39,612 nt of DNA from Acidobacteriaceae bacterium (GCA_003154055.1 PMCH01000363.1:7032-46643); one strand, 5' to 3'. Positions 17,187 to 25,508 are shown, numbered from the stretch's first letter. The notes: a model not told the origin generated them from the sequence alone. Program-made: numbers and translations.

Positions 17187-18619
17187 TCGTACGTTCCTTC
17201 CACCAGCCACTGCACATTCAATTTGTCCTGTGCCAGCCGGTACAGCACGAGGCTGTTTTCAGAGGACACGGCGATGTCCCATTCTTCGCGCGACCAGCCT
17301 TCCTGCTCCGACCAGTCGCCGGAAGAACGCCACGGGCCCGCGCTCCACACAATCTCTCCGGCAATTTCCGGACGGTGAATGCATTTCATTCGCACCGGCC
17401 TGCCCTCACGCACACTCACCACCGCACGCAACGGCGGGCGAAACAGGCGCAATGCGATCACCGTGCTCATTCGTTCTTCCGCGTTCGCGGTCGCTTCGAG
17501 TACGTCGTCTTGTTCTTGCACGGCCACATCCTTCTTCTGTTTTCCAGGCGGCTTGGTTTCAGGCTCGACTGGCGCAAAGTGCCGCATCTCGAATGCGCCT
17601 TCGCGATGCGTGTCCAGCAGTTGCGCCGACCCGACTCTTTCCTCGCCGACGATTCCAGCAATACGTGCCAGCGTGAGTTCCAATTTTTCCGGCTCCGGAA
17701 AAATTGGCTGGAACAACCCGCTCTGCGTGGCCCGCGGCCGCGCCGGCTCCGCCGAAAGATGGACCTTCACAATCGGCGCTCCCGGCGGATGCGCCTGCAA
17801 ATCCAGTTGCAGCAGCTTGAGGAAGACCTTTGCATCCAGCATGGGCAACGGCAGACGCAACGTGCGCGTGAATGTGGAGGTCTGCGTCGGATCGCAATCT
17901 TCATGCCTCTGGGTGAGTTCCAGTTTCAAACGCAATTCCTGTGCAGCCAGCGCACGCTCTCCTAATCGCGCGCACACCTGTTCCAACATGCGGTTCAGCA
18001 GAAACGCCAGCGAGCGCAGGTTGCGGACACCCCAGCGATCAAACGTCTCCAGCCAGCGCCTCGCCTGTTCTGCATCGGAAGAAAAGCTCTCGAACAAAAC
18101 ATCCACGGTCAAATTTCCCAGACGTTGCGCTTCGTGCCCTTCGGGAATCAGAGTGACTCCGGGGAACCCGCGCGCCGCGAGCAGAGCGGCATCCGGATTC
18201 GCAGCCACGGCGACATTCGTTGCCAGCCCCATCTGTGAACAGCGCTGCGCCAGGCCGCGCGCAATTTTCGGCAGCGGGCCAAGCAGCGGTTCGAGTCCGA
18301 AAAGATTCAGAAGCACGGTGTCGGGCGCGGTGTCCTCCACCTCCGGAGAGAACGACTGCGCGCAATCGAGCAGCGCGGCGTGAGCGGACGCCTCCTGCGC
18401 CTCCGATCGTGCGCGCAGTACCAATACCTCCCACGCTTCCAGTTGCGCTTTCGTCGCTCCCATCTCGACGTCCATCTGGCGGGCGTGTTCATTCATGGCC
18501 ATCACTCTCTCCAGCGGAGGGCGGCCGGCAAGTACAGCTAACGCCCGCGTGCGAAGATCCGGCTCACAGCGGATGATCGCTTCGGCAGGAAAGTCGGGAA
18601 TGAAGACGCAGGAAAACAT
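17183..18619 (-). CDS. imuB: ImuB, Y-family-polymerase-like mutasome subunit
   Basis: N-terminus MFSCVFIPDFPAEAIIR is typical of ImuB. 478 aa. Positioned between imuA and dnaE2. Confidence 0.8.
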   Translation of the reverse strand: MFSCVFIPDFPAEAIIRCEPDLRTRALAVLAGRPPLERVMAMNEHARQMDVEMGATKAQLEAWEVLVLRARSEAQEASAHAALLDCAQSFSPEVEDTAPDTVLLNLFGLEPLLGPLPKIARGLAQRCSQMGLATNVAVAANPDAALLAARGFPGVTLIPEGHEAQRLGNLTVDVLFESFSSDAEQARRWLETFDRWGVRNLRSLAFLLNRMLEQVCARLGERALAAQELRLKLELTQRHEDCDPTQTSTFTRTLRLPLPMLDAKVFLKLLQLDLQAHPPGAPIVKVHLSAEPARPRATQSGLFQPIFPEPEKLELTLARIAGIVGEERVGSAQLLDTHREGAFEMRHFAPVEPETKPPGKQKKDVAVQEQDDVLEATANAEERMSTVIALRLFRPPLRAVVSVREGRPVRMKCIHRPEIAGEIVWSAGPWRSSGDWSEQEGWSREEWDIAVSSENSLVLYRLAQDKLNVQWLVEGTYD

Positions 18620-18626
18620 GGGGAAC

Positions 18627-18682
18627 CAGTAGTCAGTAGTCAGTCGCTGGTTGCTAGCCGCTAGGAGCTAGAAGCTAGTGGC
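18627..18682. repeat. Heptanucleotide tandem array (8 units) filling the imuA-imuB spacer
   Basis: CAGTAGT CAGTAGT CAGTCGC TGGTTGC TAGCCGC TAGGAGC TAGAAGC TAGTGGC. It occupies 56 of the 63 intergenic nt. Confidence 0.9.
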
Positions 18683-19621
18683 TTATCCTGCCCACTTGGC
18701 ATGGCTCGCAAAACTCACGACTGCCTGCGGCTGCTTGCGCTCCAGACGCGAACGCAACAACTCTGCCGTGATTTCGAATTGGTCCAGCAATTCCGCATGT
18801 CCCGGCCGGCCTGCTGAGAGCTGACAGCTGACAGCTGACAGCTTTTCCCTCGCAACCTGTGACCTGTGACCCGTGACCTTTACCAGCACCGACGAACAAC
18901 TTCCCGCAATCGGCTGTTGTTCCAGGACCAGCAGCACCGTCGGCGTATGCTCAATGGCGCGCCGAAAACGGAACCATGACGCCAAGGAAATTCGCCGCGC
19001 GCTCCGCACCGGGATGTCTCCCAGATCGAGCACGATCATTCCGAAACCATTGCTCTGCAGCAGCAGATCGGTCACTTTGAGCACCTGTTCGATCCGCGAC
19101 TCCCAACCCCGTCGCTGGTTGGCTTCTCTTTGGATCTCTACCTGAATTTTTCCCTGATGAAAATTTCGGCCACTGCATTCTCCGACTGGACTGAGAACCG
19201 GGGACCGAGAACTGAGAACTGTTTTCTTGCACCGCACCCAAAGCAAACGCTCCATGGCGATCTGCGCCGCCATCGCCGACCCAGGATCCAGCGCGTCGCT
19301 CGCATCCACCAGCGCGCACACTTCTCCGCGTTGCGTGGCCTGGGCAAGCGCGGAGAGCAGAATGCTGGTCCTTCCCGACGATGCCGCCCCACAAATTTCC
19401 GTCAGACAGCCGCGAGGCAAACCGCCGGTGAGCGCGTCCAGTTCGCGAATGCCACACGAAACCATCTCCGGCGCGGGACGAACATCCAGGCGCGAAGCGG
19501 GAGCAACCGCCGCCAGTTTCGGCAGCGCGCTCAACTGCGCCAGCAACGCTGCACTGGAGCGGAGAGGAAAAATAAAAGGGCGGCCAACGGCCGCCGATGA
19601 GAACACCGGAGAAGCAGACAT
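18683..19621 (-). CDS. imuA: ImuA, RecA/SulA-like mutasome subunit
   Basis: GIRELDALTGGLPRGCLTEICGAASSGRTSILLSALAQAT (degenerate RecA-like P-loop region) and LLWVRC. SD GAGGAAG upstream of the ATG at 19621. First gene of the cassette. Confidence 0.75.
   Translation of the reverse strand: MSASPVFSSAAVGRPFIFPLRSSAALLAQLSALPKLAAVAPASRLDVRPAPEMVSCGIRELDALTGGLPRGCLTEICGAASSGRTSILLSALAQATQRGEVCALVDASDALDPGSAMAAQIAMERLLWVRCKKTVLSSRSPVLSPVGECSGRNFHQGKIQVEIQREANQRRGWESRIEQVLKVTDLLLQSNGFGMIVLDLGDIPVRSARRISLASWFRFRRAIEHTPTVLLVLEQQPIAGSCSSVLVKVTGHRSQVAREKLSAVSCQLSAGRPGHAELLDQFEITAELLRSRLERKQPQAVVSFASHAKWAG
18813..18879. repeat. Two adjacent heptamer arrays inside the 3' part of imuA
   Basis: GCTGAGA GCTGACA GCTGACA GCTGACA (18813-18840) and CCTGTGA CCTGTGA CCCGTGA CCT (18856-18879). 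They encode ...VKVTGHRSQVAREKLSAVSCQLSAG... Confidence 0.9.
19191..19221. repeat. Heptamer array inside imuA
   Basis: CTGAGAA CCGGGGA CCGAGAA CTGAGAA CTG. Encodes part of KKTVLSSRSPVLSPV. Confidence 0.85.
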
Positions 19622-19680
19622 ACTTCCTCAAAATTTCAGGGAACTCAGAGAGGCCGATCAGCCCCGGCGAGATAATTAAT

Positions 19681-19697
19681 ATTCGCTTTTTATTCGC
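19681..19697. promoter_or_regulatory. Candidate SOS (LexA) operator upstream of imuA
   Basis: Direct repeat ATTCGC-N5-ATTCGC (= ATTC-N7-ATTC), 60-76 nt upstream of the imuA start. It resembles the GTTC-N7-GTTC direct-repeat LexA box of Alphaproteobacteria, also reported for Acidobacterium capsulatum, with one mismatch per half-site. Confidence 0.25.
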
Positions 19698-19813
19698 CTT
19701 TATGGATTCTGATCCCAGGACTGGAAGTTGTCAAGGCTGAGCCGTTAAAAAATGGGGAATTCCGGTAATCCATAGATACTACCTATACTTACACCGTTTT
19801 CTCGTTATTGGTG

Positions 19814-19832
19814 ACTTCAATATTATTGAAGT
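19814..19832. promoter_or_regulatory. 19-bp perfect palindrome, candidate operator upstream of the DUF2089-like HTH gene
   Basis: ACTTCAATA T TATTGAAGT ends 40 nt upstream of the ATG at 19872, in an AT-rich stretch. Confidence 0.4.
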
Positions 19833-19871
19833 GATCTTTACTTTTATTGATATCCGCCATAATCTCCCCAC

Positions 19872-20216
19872 ATGATCGCCTCCGAAAACAAGCGCGCCAG
19901 CCAACCCGGATGGCAACATCCCTTGCTGGCGCTGGCTGAGGAGGAACTGGATCTGGTGCTGCAACTGGTGCTGGCTTCAGGGTCGTTGAAAGATCTGGCG
20001 CAGGTCTACCAGGTCAGTTATCCGACGATCCGGCTGCGCGTGGATCGCGTCATCGAGCACCTCCGGCAGTTGGGGAACGGCACCAAGCCGGATCCGATGA
20101 TGCAGTTGCTGGCCGAACTGGTCGAGCGTGGAGAAGTTACGGTCTCCGCGGCACGGTCGGTGCGCGACCTCTACCGGCAGAAGGAGAACTCAAATGATGA
20201 TGGAACCGTGGTTTGA
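19872..20216 (+). CDS. DUF2089-like helix-turn-helix protein (lacks the N-terminal zinc ribbon)
   Basis: LAEEELDLVLQLVLASGSLKDLAQVYQVSYPTIRLRVDRVIEHL resembles the DUF2089 HTH core as remembered (...GNIKEVEKELGISYPTVRNRLD...). ATG at 19872. Confidence 0.6.
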   Translation: MIASENKRASQPGWQHPLLALAEEELDLVLQLVLASGSLKDLAQVYQVSYPTIRLRVDRVIEHLRQLGNGTKPDPMMQLLAELVERGEVTVSAARSVRDLYRQKENSNDDGTVV

Positions 20217-20556
20217 TCCAATCAAGTTTGGAATGTTGTATGGCGGCATCGGAGGGGGACTGCTCGGTACACTCGGTGGTGTGCTGGGAGCCGCGGCAGG
20301 GGCTCTCGCGCCCAAAGGCAAGGGCCGTGGCTTCGTGCTGGGCGCCTTCACCGTATTCATGCTGATCGGGATTTTGAATCTGGTGTTCGGGATCTACGCA
20401 GTGGCGACCGGCCAGCCCTACGGCATCTGGTATCCGCTGGTATTGATCGGAGTGCTGTTGACAGTGTTATTCGCCGCGCTGAAGCCGGTAGTCCGCAAGC
20501 GCTACGATGAAGCCGAAGCGCGGCGCATGGACGCCGCCGCTTTCCGGCGCACCTAG
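20194..20556 (+). CDS. Small integral membrane protein (three predicted TM segments, glycine-zipper-like first helix)
   Basis: ATG at 20194 preceded by AAGGAGA (20181-20187). Overlaps the 3' end of the DUF2089-like gene by 23 nt. GGIGGGLLGTLGGVLGAAAGAL, FVLGAFTVFMLIGILNLVFGIYAV and WYPLVLIGVLLTVLFAAL segments. Confidence 0.6.
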   Translation: MMMEPWFDPIKFGMLYGGIGGGLLGTLGGVLGAAAGALAPKGKGRGFVLGAFTVFMLIGILNLVFGIYAVATGQPYGIWYPLVLIGVLLTVLFAALKPVVRKRYDEAEARRMDAAAFRRT

Positions 20557-20640
20557 ATCGCGATGTCCCACGATACCTCGCGGAGGCCGCAGAACCTGCC
20601 TTTCCGCCCTCCCCATCATGGGCCCGAGGCTGCGGAGCTT

Positions 20641-20649
20641 TGTTATAAT
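20641..20649 (+). promoter_or_regulatory. Extended -10 promoter element for tRNA-Glu
   Basis: TGTTATAAT (TGnTATAAT) sits 22 nt upstream of the mature tRNA 5' end. No good -35 element was seen. Confidence 0.4.
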
Positions 20650-20670
20650 CAGTCTCTTGCACACCTCAGT

Positions 20671-20745
20671 GGCGCTATCGTCTAGGGGTTAGGACGGAAG
20701 ATTCTCAATCTTCAAACCCGGGTTCGATTCCCGGTAGCGCTACCA
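20671..20745 (+). tRNA. tRNA-Glu (anticodon CUC)
   Basis: Manual cloverleaf. Acceptor GGCGCTA/TAGCGCT (first pair G-U). D arm TC GTCT AGGGGTT AGGA C, as in E. coli tRNA-Glu. Anticodon stem GAAGA/TCTTC with loop TT-CTC-AA. T arm CCGGG TTCGATT CCCGG. Encoded discriminator A plus CCA. Confidence 0.9.
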
Positions 20746-20855
20746 AATCTTCCACTTAGCTAGAATACTCAATGTTTATATGGTATTTCTGAATTTCTGG
20801 CGACATTCTTTTAGGTCTCGCCTGTTCCCGGATGTCGCTCTGGTTCTTTCTGTTC

Positions 20856-20876
20856 ATGGACAGTAAATGGACAGTA
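20856..20876. repeat. Tandem 10-bp direct repeat just downstream of the tRNA
   Basis: ATGGACAGTA a ATGGACAGTA, 111 nt past the tRNA 3' end, in a ~450-bp stretch without a convincing gene. Confidence 0.8.
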
Positions 20877-21195
20877 TGGAGGGGTGGGGGATGGCAAATC
20901 CCCAAGAAAGGCTGGCCGCTATTGTGGGCTGGCCCCTCTGTTGAAACCACGGTCAGCTCCACCACACCACCCAGCGGTTCACGGACGCGATTCAATTCGA
21001 GAGTATCTGAAGGCGCCGCTCGGCCATGGCGTGTCCGACCTCGCTTTTGACGGCATCTTGGGTCTCGGAAAAAAAGAACTCATGGCACGGTGCGTCGCGT
21101 AATCAGGAGCCGGTCCTGGCACATCAGGAGGCCCGCTCCTGCTGGTTCGCCCGGCACCAACATCCGGAACGGCAGCCGGAGAAAAGGAGGCGGCC

Positions 21196-21396
21196 ATGCT
21201 CTGCGCAGAACTTGAGCGGATGGAAGCACAGTTCGATGACATTCTTACCGCTCTGGAGAATCCGGACCTGACGGAGCAGGAACGACGGTCTCTGCAGGAC
21301 GCTTATGCCCGGCTGAGCCGTACCATCCTGGATCATCAGAGGTCAGGTCACGAAGGACGTCCAACTCTCCCCTTCGGACCCACCCTTCATCAGTAA
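21196..21396 (+). CDS. Hypothetical small protein (66 aa)
   Basis: ATG at 21196 preceded by AAAAGGAGG with 6-nt spacing. Predicted helical N-terminal part (AELERMEAQFDDILTALENPDLTEQERRSLQDAYARL). No family recognised. Confidence 0.4.
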   Translation: MLCAELERMEAQFDDILTALENPDLTEQERRSLQDAYARLSRTILDHQRSGHEGRPTLPFGPTLHQ

Positions 21397-21426
21397 TGGG
21401 CTCAACCATAGTAAGGGGCACAACCA

Positions 21427-22128
21427 TCAAACATGCTGGTTCGTGGGCTGAGCGGACACGACCGGCACTGTCAGGAAAAACTCTTTTACCAGTCTGTTTC
21501 GTAGTTCTGTCGAAACCCGGCTCAAAAGGCCTGTGAGCGGGGGACCTCCATCCTGTGCCAAGGCAGCTGACTGCGAACACGTCTCGCGAAGCAGCACAAT
21601 GCTGTTTCGCATCCAGGGTGCCACCATCGCTCCTTGCATAAGGTTCTTCTGGTCAGTAGCGTAGCAATGTGACTTGATCACCGCGATCCAACCTTCACAA
21701 AACGGGTCAGTTGTAACCAGCTCCGGATTTTCCAGTGCTGCTCGGTTCACCGCAGTCAGGGCACCCTCGACGGGCGAAGGCAAGTCCACCGAAATACCGG
21801 CGACGGTAATGGTCATCAGCTTCTGCCCCTGTCGGACCCAACGATACAGTCCAACGACGTCGATGTGCTCGATCTTGCCAAACAGGTTGACAGCAAATCT
21901 GTCCACCCCAACCCGGATCAGTTGCCATCCCTCGTCTACTGCCCAGGTGTGGCAGGGATGGAAGCAATACCCTGTGGGGACATCCGTTCCGAACTTGGTC
22001 TCGATGCGAGGTCGAAGCCGAGGCAGAGTCTCTACCGGACCTGCTGTGGAGGGCTGCGCCCGGCGCTTGAGCAGGCGGCCGAGTGTCATCACTAGCGCAA
22101 ACATCAGTAATACAAGCAGCACTGACAT
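21427..22128 (-). CDS. Membrane-anchored glycine-cleavage-H-like (GcvH fold) protein lacking the lipoyl-lysine
   Basis: N-terminal TM helix (MSVLLVLLMFALVMTLGRLL). GcvH-like core (HTWAVDEGWQLIRVGVDRFAVNLFGKIEHIDV...SPVEGALTAVNRAALENPELVTTDPFCEGWIAVIK). By my alignment to E. coli GcvH, the ESVKA lipoylation position reads TVAGI. SD GGGGAGGG upstream of the ATG at 22128. Confidence 0.65.
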   Translation of the reverse strand: MSVLLVLLMFALVMTLGRLLKRRAQPSTAGPVETLPRLRPRIETKFGTDVPTGYCFHPCHTWAVDEGWQLIRVGVDRFAVNLFGKIEHIDVVGLYRWVRQGQKLMTITVAGISVDLPSPVEGALTAVNRAALENPELVTTDPFCEGWIAVIKSHCYATDQKNLMQGAMVAPWMRNSIVLLRETCSQSAALAQDGGPPLTGLLSRVSTELRNRLVKEFFLTVPVVSAQPTNQHV

Positions 22129-22223
22129 ATACCCTCCCCGTGATCGTGCGATCTGGAGGCGTTCCGGGTTCGCCGGGCCTTGCGTCGTCCCGGAGCGTTC
22201 ACTCCTCGAGGCTTGTACCCCTC

Positions 22224-23330
22224 CTAGGGTCCAAGAAACAGCGGCAACCGCTTCGCCATCAAGCTAAATGCGGCAACACCCAAGGCAACGATGCTGTATG
22301 CAACGAGGAACTCGTTCCAGTCGGGCAGGTATTTCGAGTTCATAGCGGCTTCCACGGAAGTGATGCACGTGTTCAGCCGGTTGGTGATGAGTCCAGCCAG
22401 AACCATCCCGGAGCAGAGGTAAACCATTCTCGGACTCTGCAGGTTCCTCTCGTTGATCAGGATAACTATGGGTAACAGGATCAGGCCCATTTCAAGTCCC
22501 AGAAGCATGTTTTCAGGATTGTTTTTCCAGACCAACAGCGGAATGCCGCGATAGACCAAGTCGGCGATGCGCACGCCCAGATAGAGAAACAACAGAGCTG
22601 CCAGCACTTTGCCCAGGCCTGCTACCCTCTCAGGCGACAACCCCTTATCCGAGGCGACGTTCATGTGCCAGGAAGCGAAGATGATGACCGCCAGGCCCGC
22701 ACAAACCGCAGAGACAAAGAAGAGAAACGGTAACTGTGGAGTCGACCAGAGCGGAGAAACCCTTTCGGGCACAGATTGCAGGAGATCGGCCAGACTGGTT
22801 TGGTACAGCACTGAGAAAACTACTGCCACAAACAATAAAGGCATGTTCAAGAAACGCACCCAGTGCGGCGGCGTGCGGCCACCGAAACGCTTCCACAGAT
22901 CAGGAGCAAATTCCAGGATCAGGACTGCACCAAAAAGAATGAAAGCCCATGCGATTCCACAGAGAATCGAGTTCGATTTCCGCGCGCCCATCTGCAACGC
23001 TATTCGTCCCGGCGACGAAACTAGCCCCAGAACAGCCACGAGGTAGCCCAAGAAACTCAATACCAGACTGGCTCGGACGATAGGCCGGTAGCCTTCGAGA
23101 TTTAACACATAAATGGTGGCTGCTATCGTGAAACCTCCCGCTGCAATTGCGATCCCGCAAAGCACATTCAGACCGGTGATCAGGCCCCAGGGGAACACAT
23201 TGCCAAGGGAGCCGGAGTGATCTATTCCGTGCACGAGACGTACGTAGGAGGCGCAAATCCCCCCTGTCATTAGAAGCGCGAAGCACCAGACCCAGAAACT
23301 CCATCGAGGAAAGTGAAGTGTTCGTTTCAT
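22224..23330 (-). CDS. HybB-like (NrfD/PsrC family) integral membrane subunit
   Basis: The ATG at 23330 (MKRTLHFPRW...) is preceded by GGAGGAGGG. Blocks collinear with E. coli HybB as remembered: FPWGL..., GYRPIVRASLVLSFLGY, LEFAP, SPLWSTPQLPFLF, YLPDWNEFLVAYSIVA...RLPLF. About 10 TM helices. Confidence 0.8.
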   Translation of the reverse strand: MKRTLHFPRWSFWVWCFALLMTGGICASYVRLVHGIDHSGSLGNVFPWGLITGLNVLCGIAIAAGGFTIAATIYVLNLEGYRPIVRASLVLSFLGYLVAVLGLVSSPGRIALQMGARKSNSILCGIAWAFILFGAVLILEFAPDLWKRFGGRTPPHWVRFLNMPLLFVAVVFSVLYQTSLADLLQSVPERVSPLWSTPQLPFLFFVSAVCAGLAVIIFASWHMNVASDKGLSPERVAGLGKVLAALLFLYLGVRIADLVYRGIPLLVWKNNPENMLLGLEMGLILLPIVILINERNLQSPRMVYLCSGMVLAGLITNRLNTCITSVEAAMNSKYLPDWNEFLVAYSIVALGVAAFSLMAKRLPLFLGP

Positions 23331-23403
23331 AAACCCTCCTCCGGGCTGCCGGGCAGCAATTACGCACTGAGAGGCAACCGCCCTTCGAGAATTCCAAAGT
23401 TGT

Positions 23404-23964
23404 TTATGCCGCGATCTCTTTCTTGTTTGGCGCGATGTCGCCAACGCCCGCACTCATCCTGTCGCGTACCATCTTGATCAGGACCGGTATCGCGGCCACA
23501 ACTGCGGGGTGCATGTTTTCACCAACGGTGGAACAATCCCTCGCCTCCACCGCCAAGATGAGCACCTGTTCCGCTGCCGGGAGGCGAAGATGCCTCGCCA
23601 CGGCAAGAGCCTCGAACAGTCCGACGTAGTGTGGGGAGCTTCCCGGAAGTGAATTCAGATCGGTGTCACGAAATTCGTAGATTGTTCCCGGCGGAGCGGA
23701 GCCCGTCACCACGGTATCTACTACGATGAGACGAGTTGCGTTGAGTGCGTAGTCGAGCAGGTGAAGGCCTGTCTCTGGAGTGCTAACGACTTCCACGTTT
23801 GCCGGCGCAAATTGCCGGACGTGCGCCGCAACCATGCTGCCCAGCGAATCATCGCCCAGCAAATCGTTTCCCAGGCACAGGACTCGGATGTCGCATTTCT
23901 GCGCAGCAGATCCCGACGGATCCACCTCGGAACTCGAGGTACTACTCACGATGCACACTCCCAT
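23404..23964 (-). CDS. [NiFe] hydrogenase maturation endopeptidase (HyaD/HybD/FrhD family)
   Basis: IRVLCLGNDLLGDDSLG...LIVVDTV...SSPHYVGLFEAL are typical motifs. The start is uncertain: ATG at 23964 or GTG at 23949, both overlapping the large-subunit 3' end. Confidence 0.8.
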   Translation of the reverse strand: MGVCIVSSTSSSEVDPSGSAAQKCDIRVLCLGNDLLGDDSLGSMVAAHVRQFAPANVEVVSTPETGLHLLDYALNATRLIVVDTVVTGSAPPGTIYEFRDTDLNSLPGSSPHYVGLFEALAVARHLRLPAAEQVLILAVEARDCSTVGENMHPAVVAAIPVLIKMVRDRMSAGVGDIAPNKKEIAA

Positions 23965-25501
23965 CGAAGTCGCGACGCAATAAAGCCAGCGTCTTTCCGC
24001 TTTGGTTACGTACTCGAACCAGTAGCGGCATGCTCCCCGGGAGCGAGTGGGTGGCGCACCCGTGACACGGGTCATAAGCTCGGAACGCCATCTCCACTCG
24101 GTTGAGGACACTCTCAGGAACGTCCGCGCCGGAGATCAGTCCTTTGGCAGCTTTTTCCACGCTCATCGCCATGCGGGCAGAGTTGTTTTGTGTGGCAACG
24201 ATCAAGTTGGCCTTTTGGATCAGTCCATTTTCGTCCGTCTGGTAGTGGTGGACGAGTGTTCCGCGCGGCGCTTCCACCACCCCGATCCCTTCCCGGGGCT
24301 TCTCTGTCGGCAGAACGCGTATAGCCGGGTCTGTCAGTTGCGGGTCAACAGCCAGTTCCTTCATGCGTTCCGTGGCGTAGAGCAATTCCACCAAACGCGC
24401 CCAGTGGTTTGCGAGCGTGTAATGCACCGGCTTGCCTCCCAGAGTCGAGAAGAACTTCTGATAGGCCTCGTGGGCGAGCGGCGTGGTCATACCGTCGCTG
24501 ACATTTAGGCGCGCCAAAGGTGCCACGCTGTAAATGCCGCTGTCGATGCCCTCCCGGAAGCCATTCCACCCGACTTGCTTGAGGTAACAGAACTTCACAT
24601 AACTCCAGGGCTCGACGTGTTCCGCGATGTGTTCCAGGTATTGCTCGGGTGGGAACCTCTTCCATTCCTTTCCGTCGGGCGTGACGACGCGGATCGGACC
24701 GTCGTAGAAATTGACCCGATTACAGTCGTCCACCATGCCCATGTAGTAGGTACGGTGCGTATAAACATCGGCGAGGATCAGGCTCACATAATCCGTGTTC
24801 TTGAGAACTACATCTTCGAACAGCTGGAGCGTGAACTTCGCAAATTCGACGCCCTCCGCGGCTACCTCCTGAAATTGTCTCTGCATGTCGGGAGTCACGC
24901 GCTTCGCCACGCCACCGGGCAAGCCGAAGACCGGATGTACAGCTTTCCCGGCAACGAGTGCGATCAGTTCGCGCCAGCGCCGACGCATCGCGATCACTTT
25001 TTTGCCGGTTTCGACTCCAACTTTTCCGATCACGCCGAGCACGTTTCGTTCGGTAGGAGGCGCGTCCGGGCCCACGACGAAGTCCGGCCCACCCAGAAAG
25101 TAAAAGTGAAGAGCATGATCCTCGGCCATGAAGGTGTTGTAGACGAGTTCCCGGATTTTCTTTGCAGCCGGCGGCGGATCCACGCGATACAGGCTGTCGA
25201 GAGCCTTGGTCGCCGCCATGTGGTGCGCGGTGGGACAGACGCCGCAAATACGCGAAGTGATCTGCGGCATCTCCTCAGCGGGACGGCCTTGCACGAACTT
25301 TTCGAAACCGCGCAGCTCGGGCACCTGGAAATAGGCTCGTTCGACCTGTCCGGCTTCGTCCAGGAAAATGTCAATCTTGCCGTGTCCCTCCAGACGAGTG
25401 ATCGGATCAATCGTGATGCGCCGGCGCGTATAGCCGGCGTTGGCTTTTGCAGCACCTTCTTGCCACGTATGGTGCAGGATTTGTTCCTTCTCTTCGGGCA
25501 T
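23942..25501 (-). CDS. mvhA: [NiFe] hydrogenase large subunit (group 3c / MvhA-like by context)
   Basis: N-terminal Ni-binding motif RICGVCPTAHH. C-terminal DPCHGCATH followed by a 34-aa extension that would be removed by the adjacent endopeptidase. The ATG at 25501 is preceded by GAGGTG (the tracked start at 25507 is a GTG). Confidence 0.9.
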   Translation of the reverse strand: MPEEKEQILHHTWQEGAAKANAGYTRRRITIDPITRLEGHGKIDIFLDEAGQVERAYFQVPELRGFEKFVQGRPAEEMPQITSRICGVCPTAHHMAATKALDSLYRVDPPPAAKKIRELVYNTFMAEDHALHFYFLGGPDFVVGPDAPPTERNVLGVIGKVGVETGKKVIAMRRRWRELIALVAGKAVHPVFGLPGGVAKRVTPDMQRQFQEVAAEGVEFAKFTLQLFEDVVLKNTDYVSLILADVYTHRTYYMGMVDDCNRVNFYDGPIRVVTPDGKEWKRFPPEQYLEHIAEHVEPWSYVKFCYLKQVGWNGFREGIDSGIYSVAPLARLNVSDGMTTPLAHEAYQKFFSTLGGKPVHYTLANHWARLVELLYATERMKELAVDPQLTDPAIRVLPTEKPREGIGVVEAPRGTLVHHYQTDENGLIQKANLIVATQNNSARMAMSVEKAAKGLISGADVPESVLNRVEMAFRAYDPCHGCATHSLPGSMPLLVRVRNQSGKTLALLRRDFDGSVHRE

Positions 25502-25508
25502 AGCCACC

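Noticed and set aside
18627-18879. Short repeat arrays considered as possible CRISPR
   Set aside because: The period is 7 bp with no spacers, the arrays are 21-56 bp long, and no cas genes are present, so these are microsatellite-like heptamers.
20746-21195. Search for an integrase or excisionase next to the tRNA
   Set aside because: All six frames give only short ORFs without R..HxxR..Y-type recombinase motifs. I cannot support calling an integrase pseudogene from sequence inspection alone.
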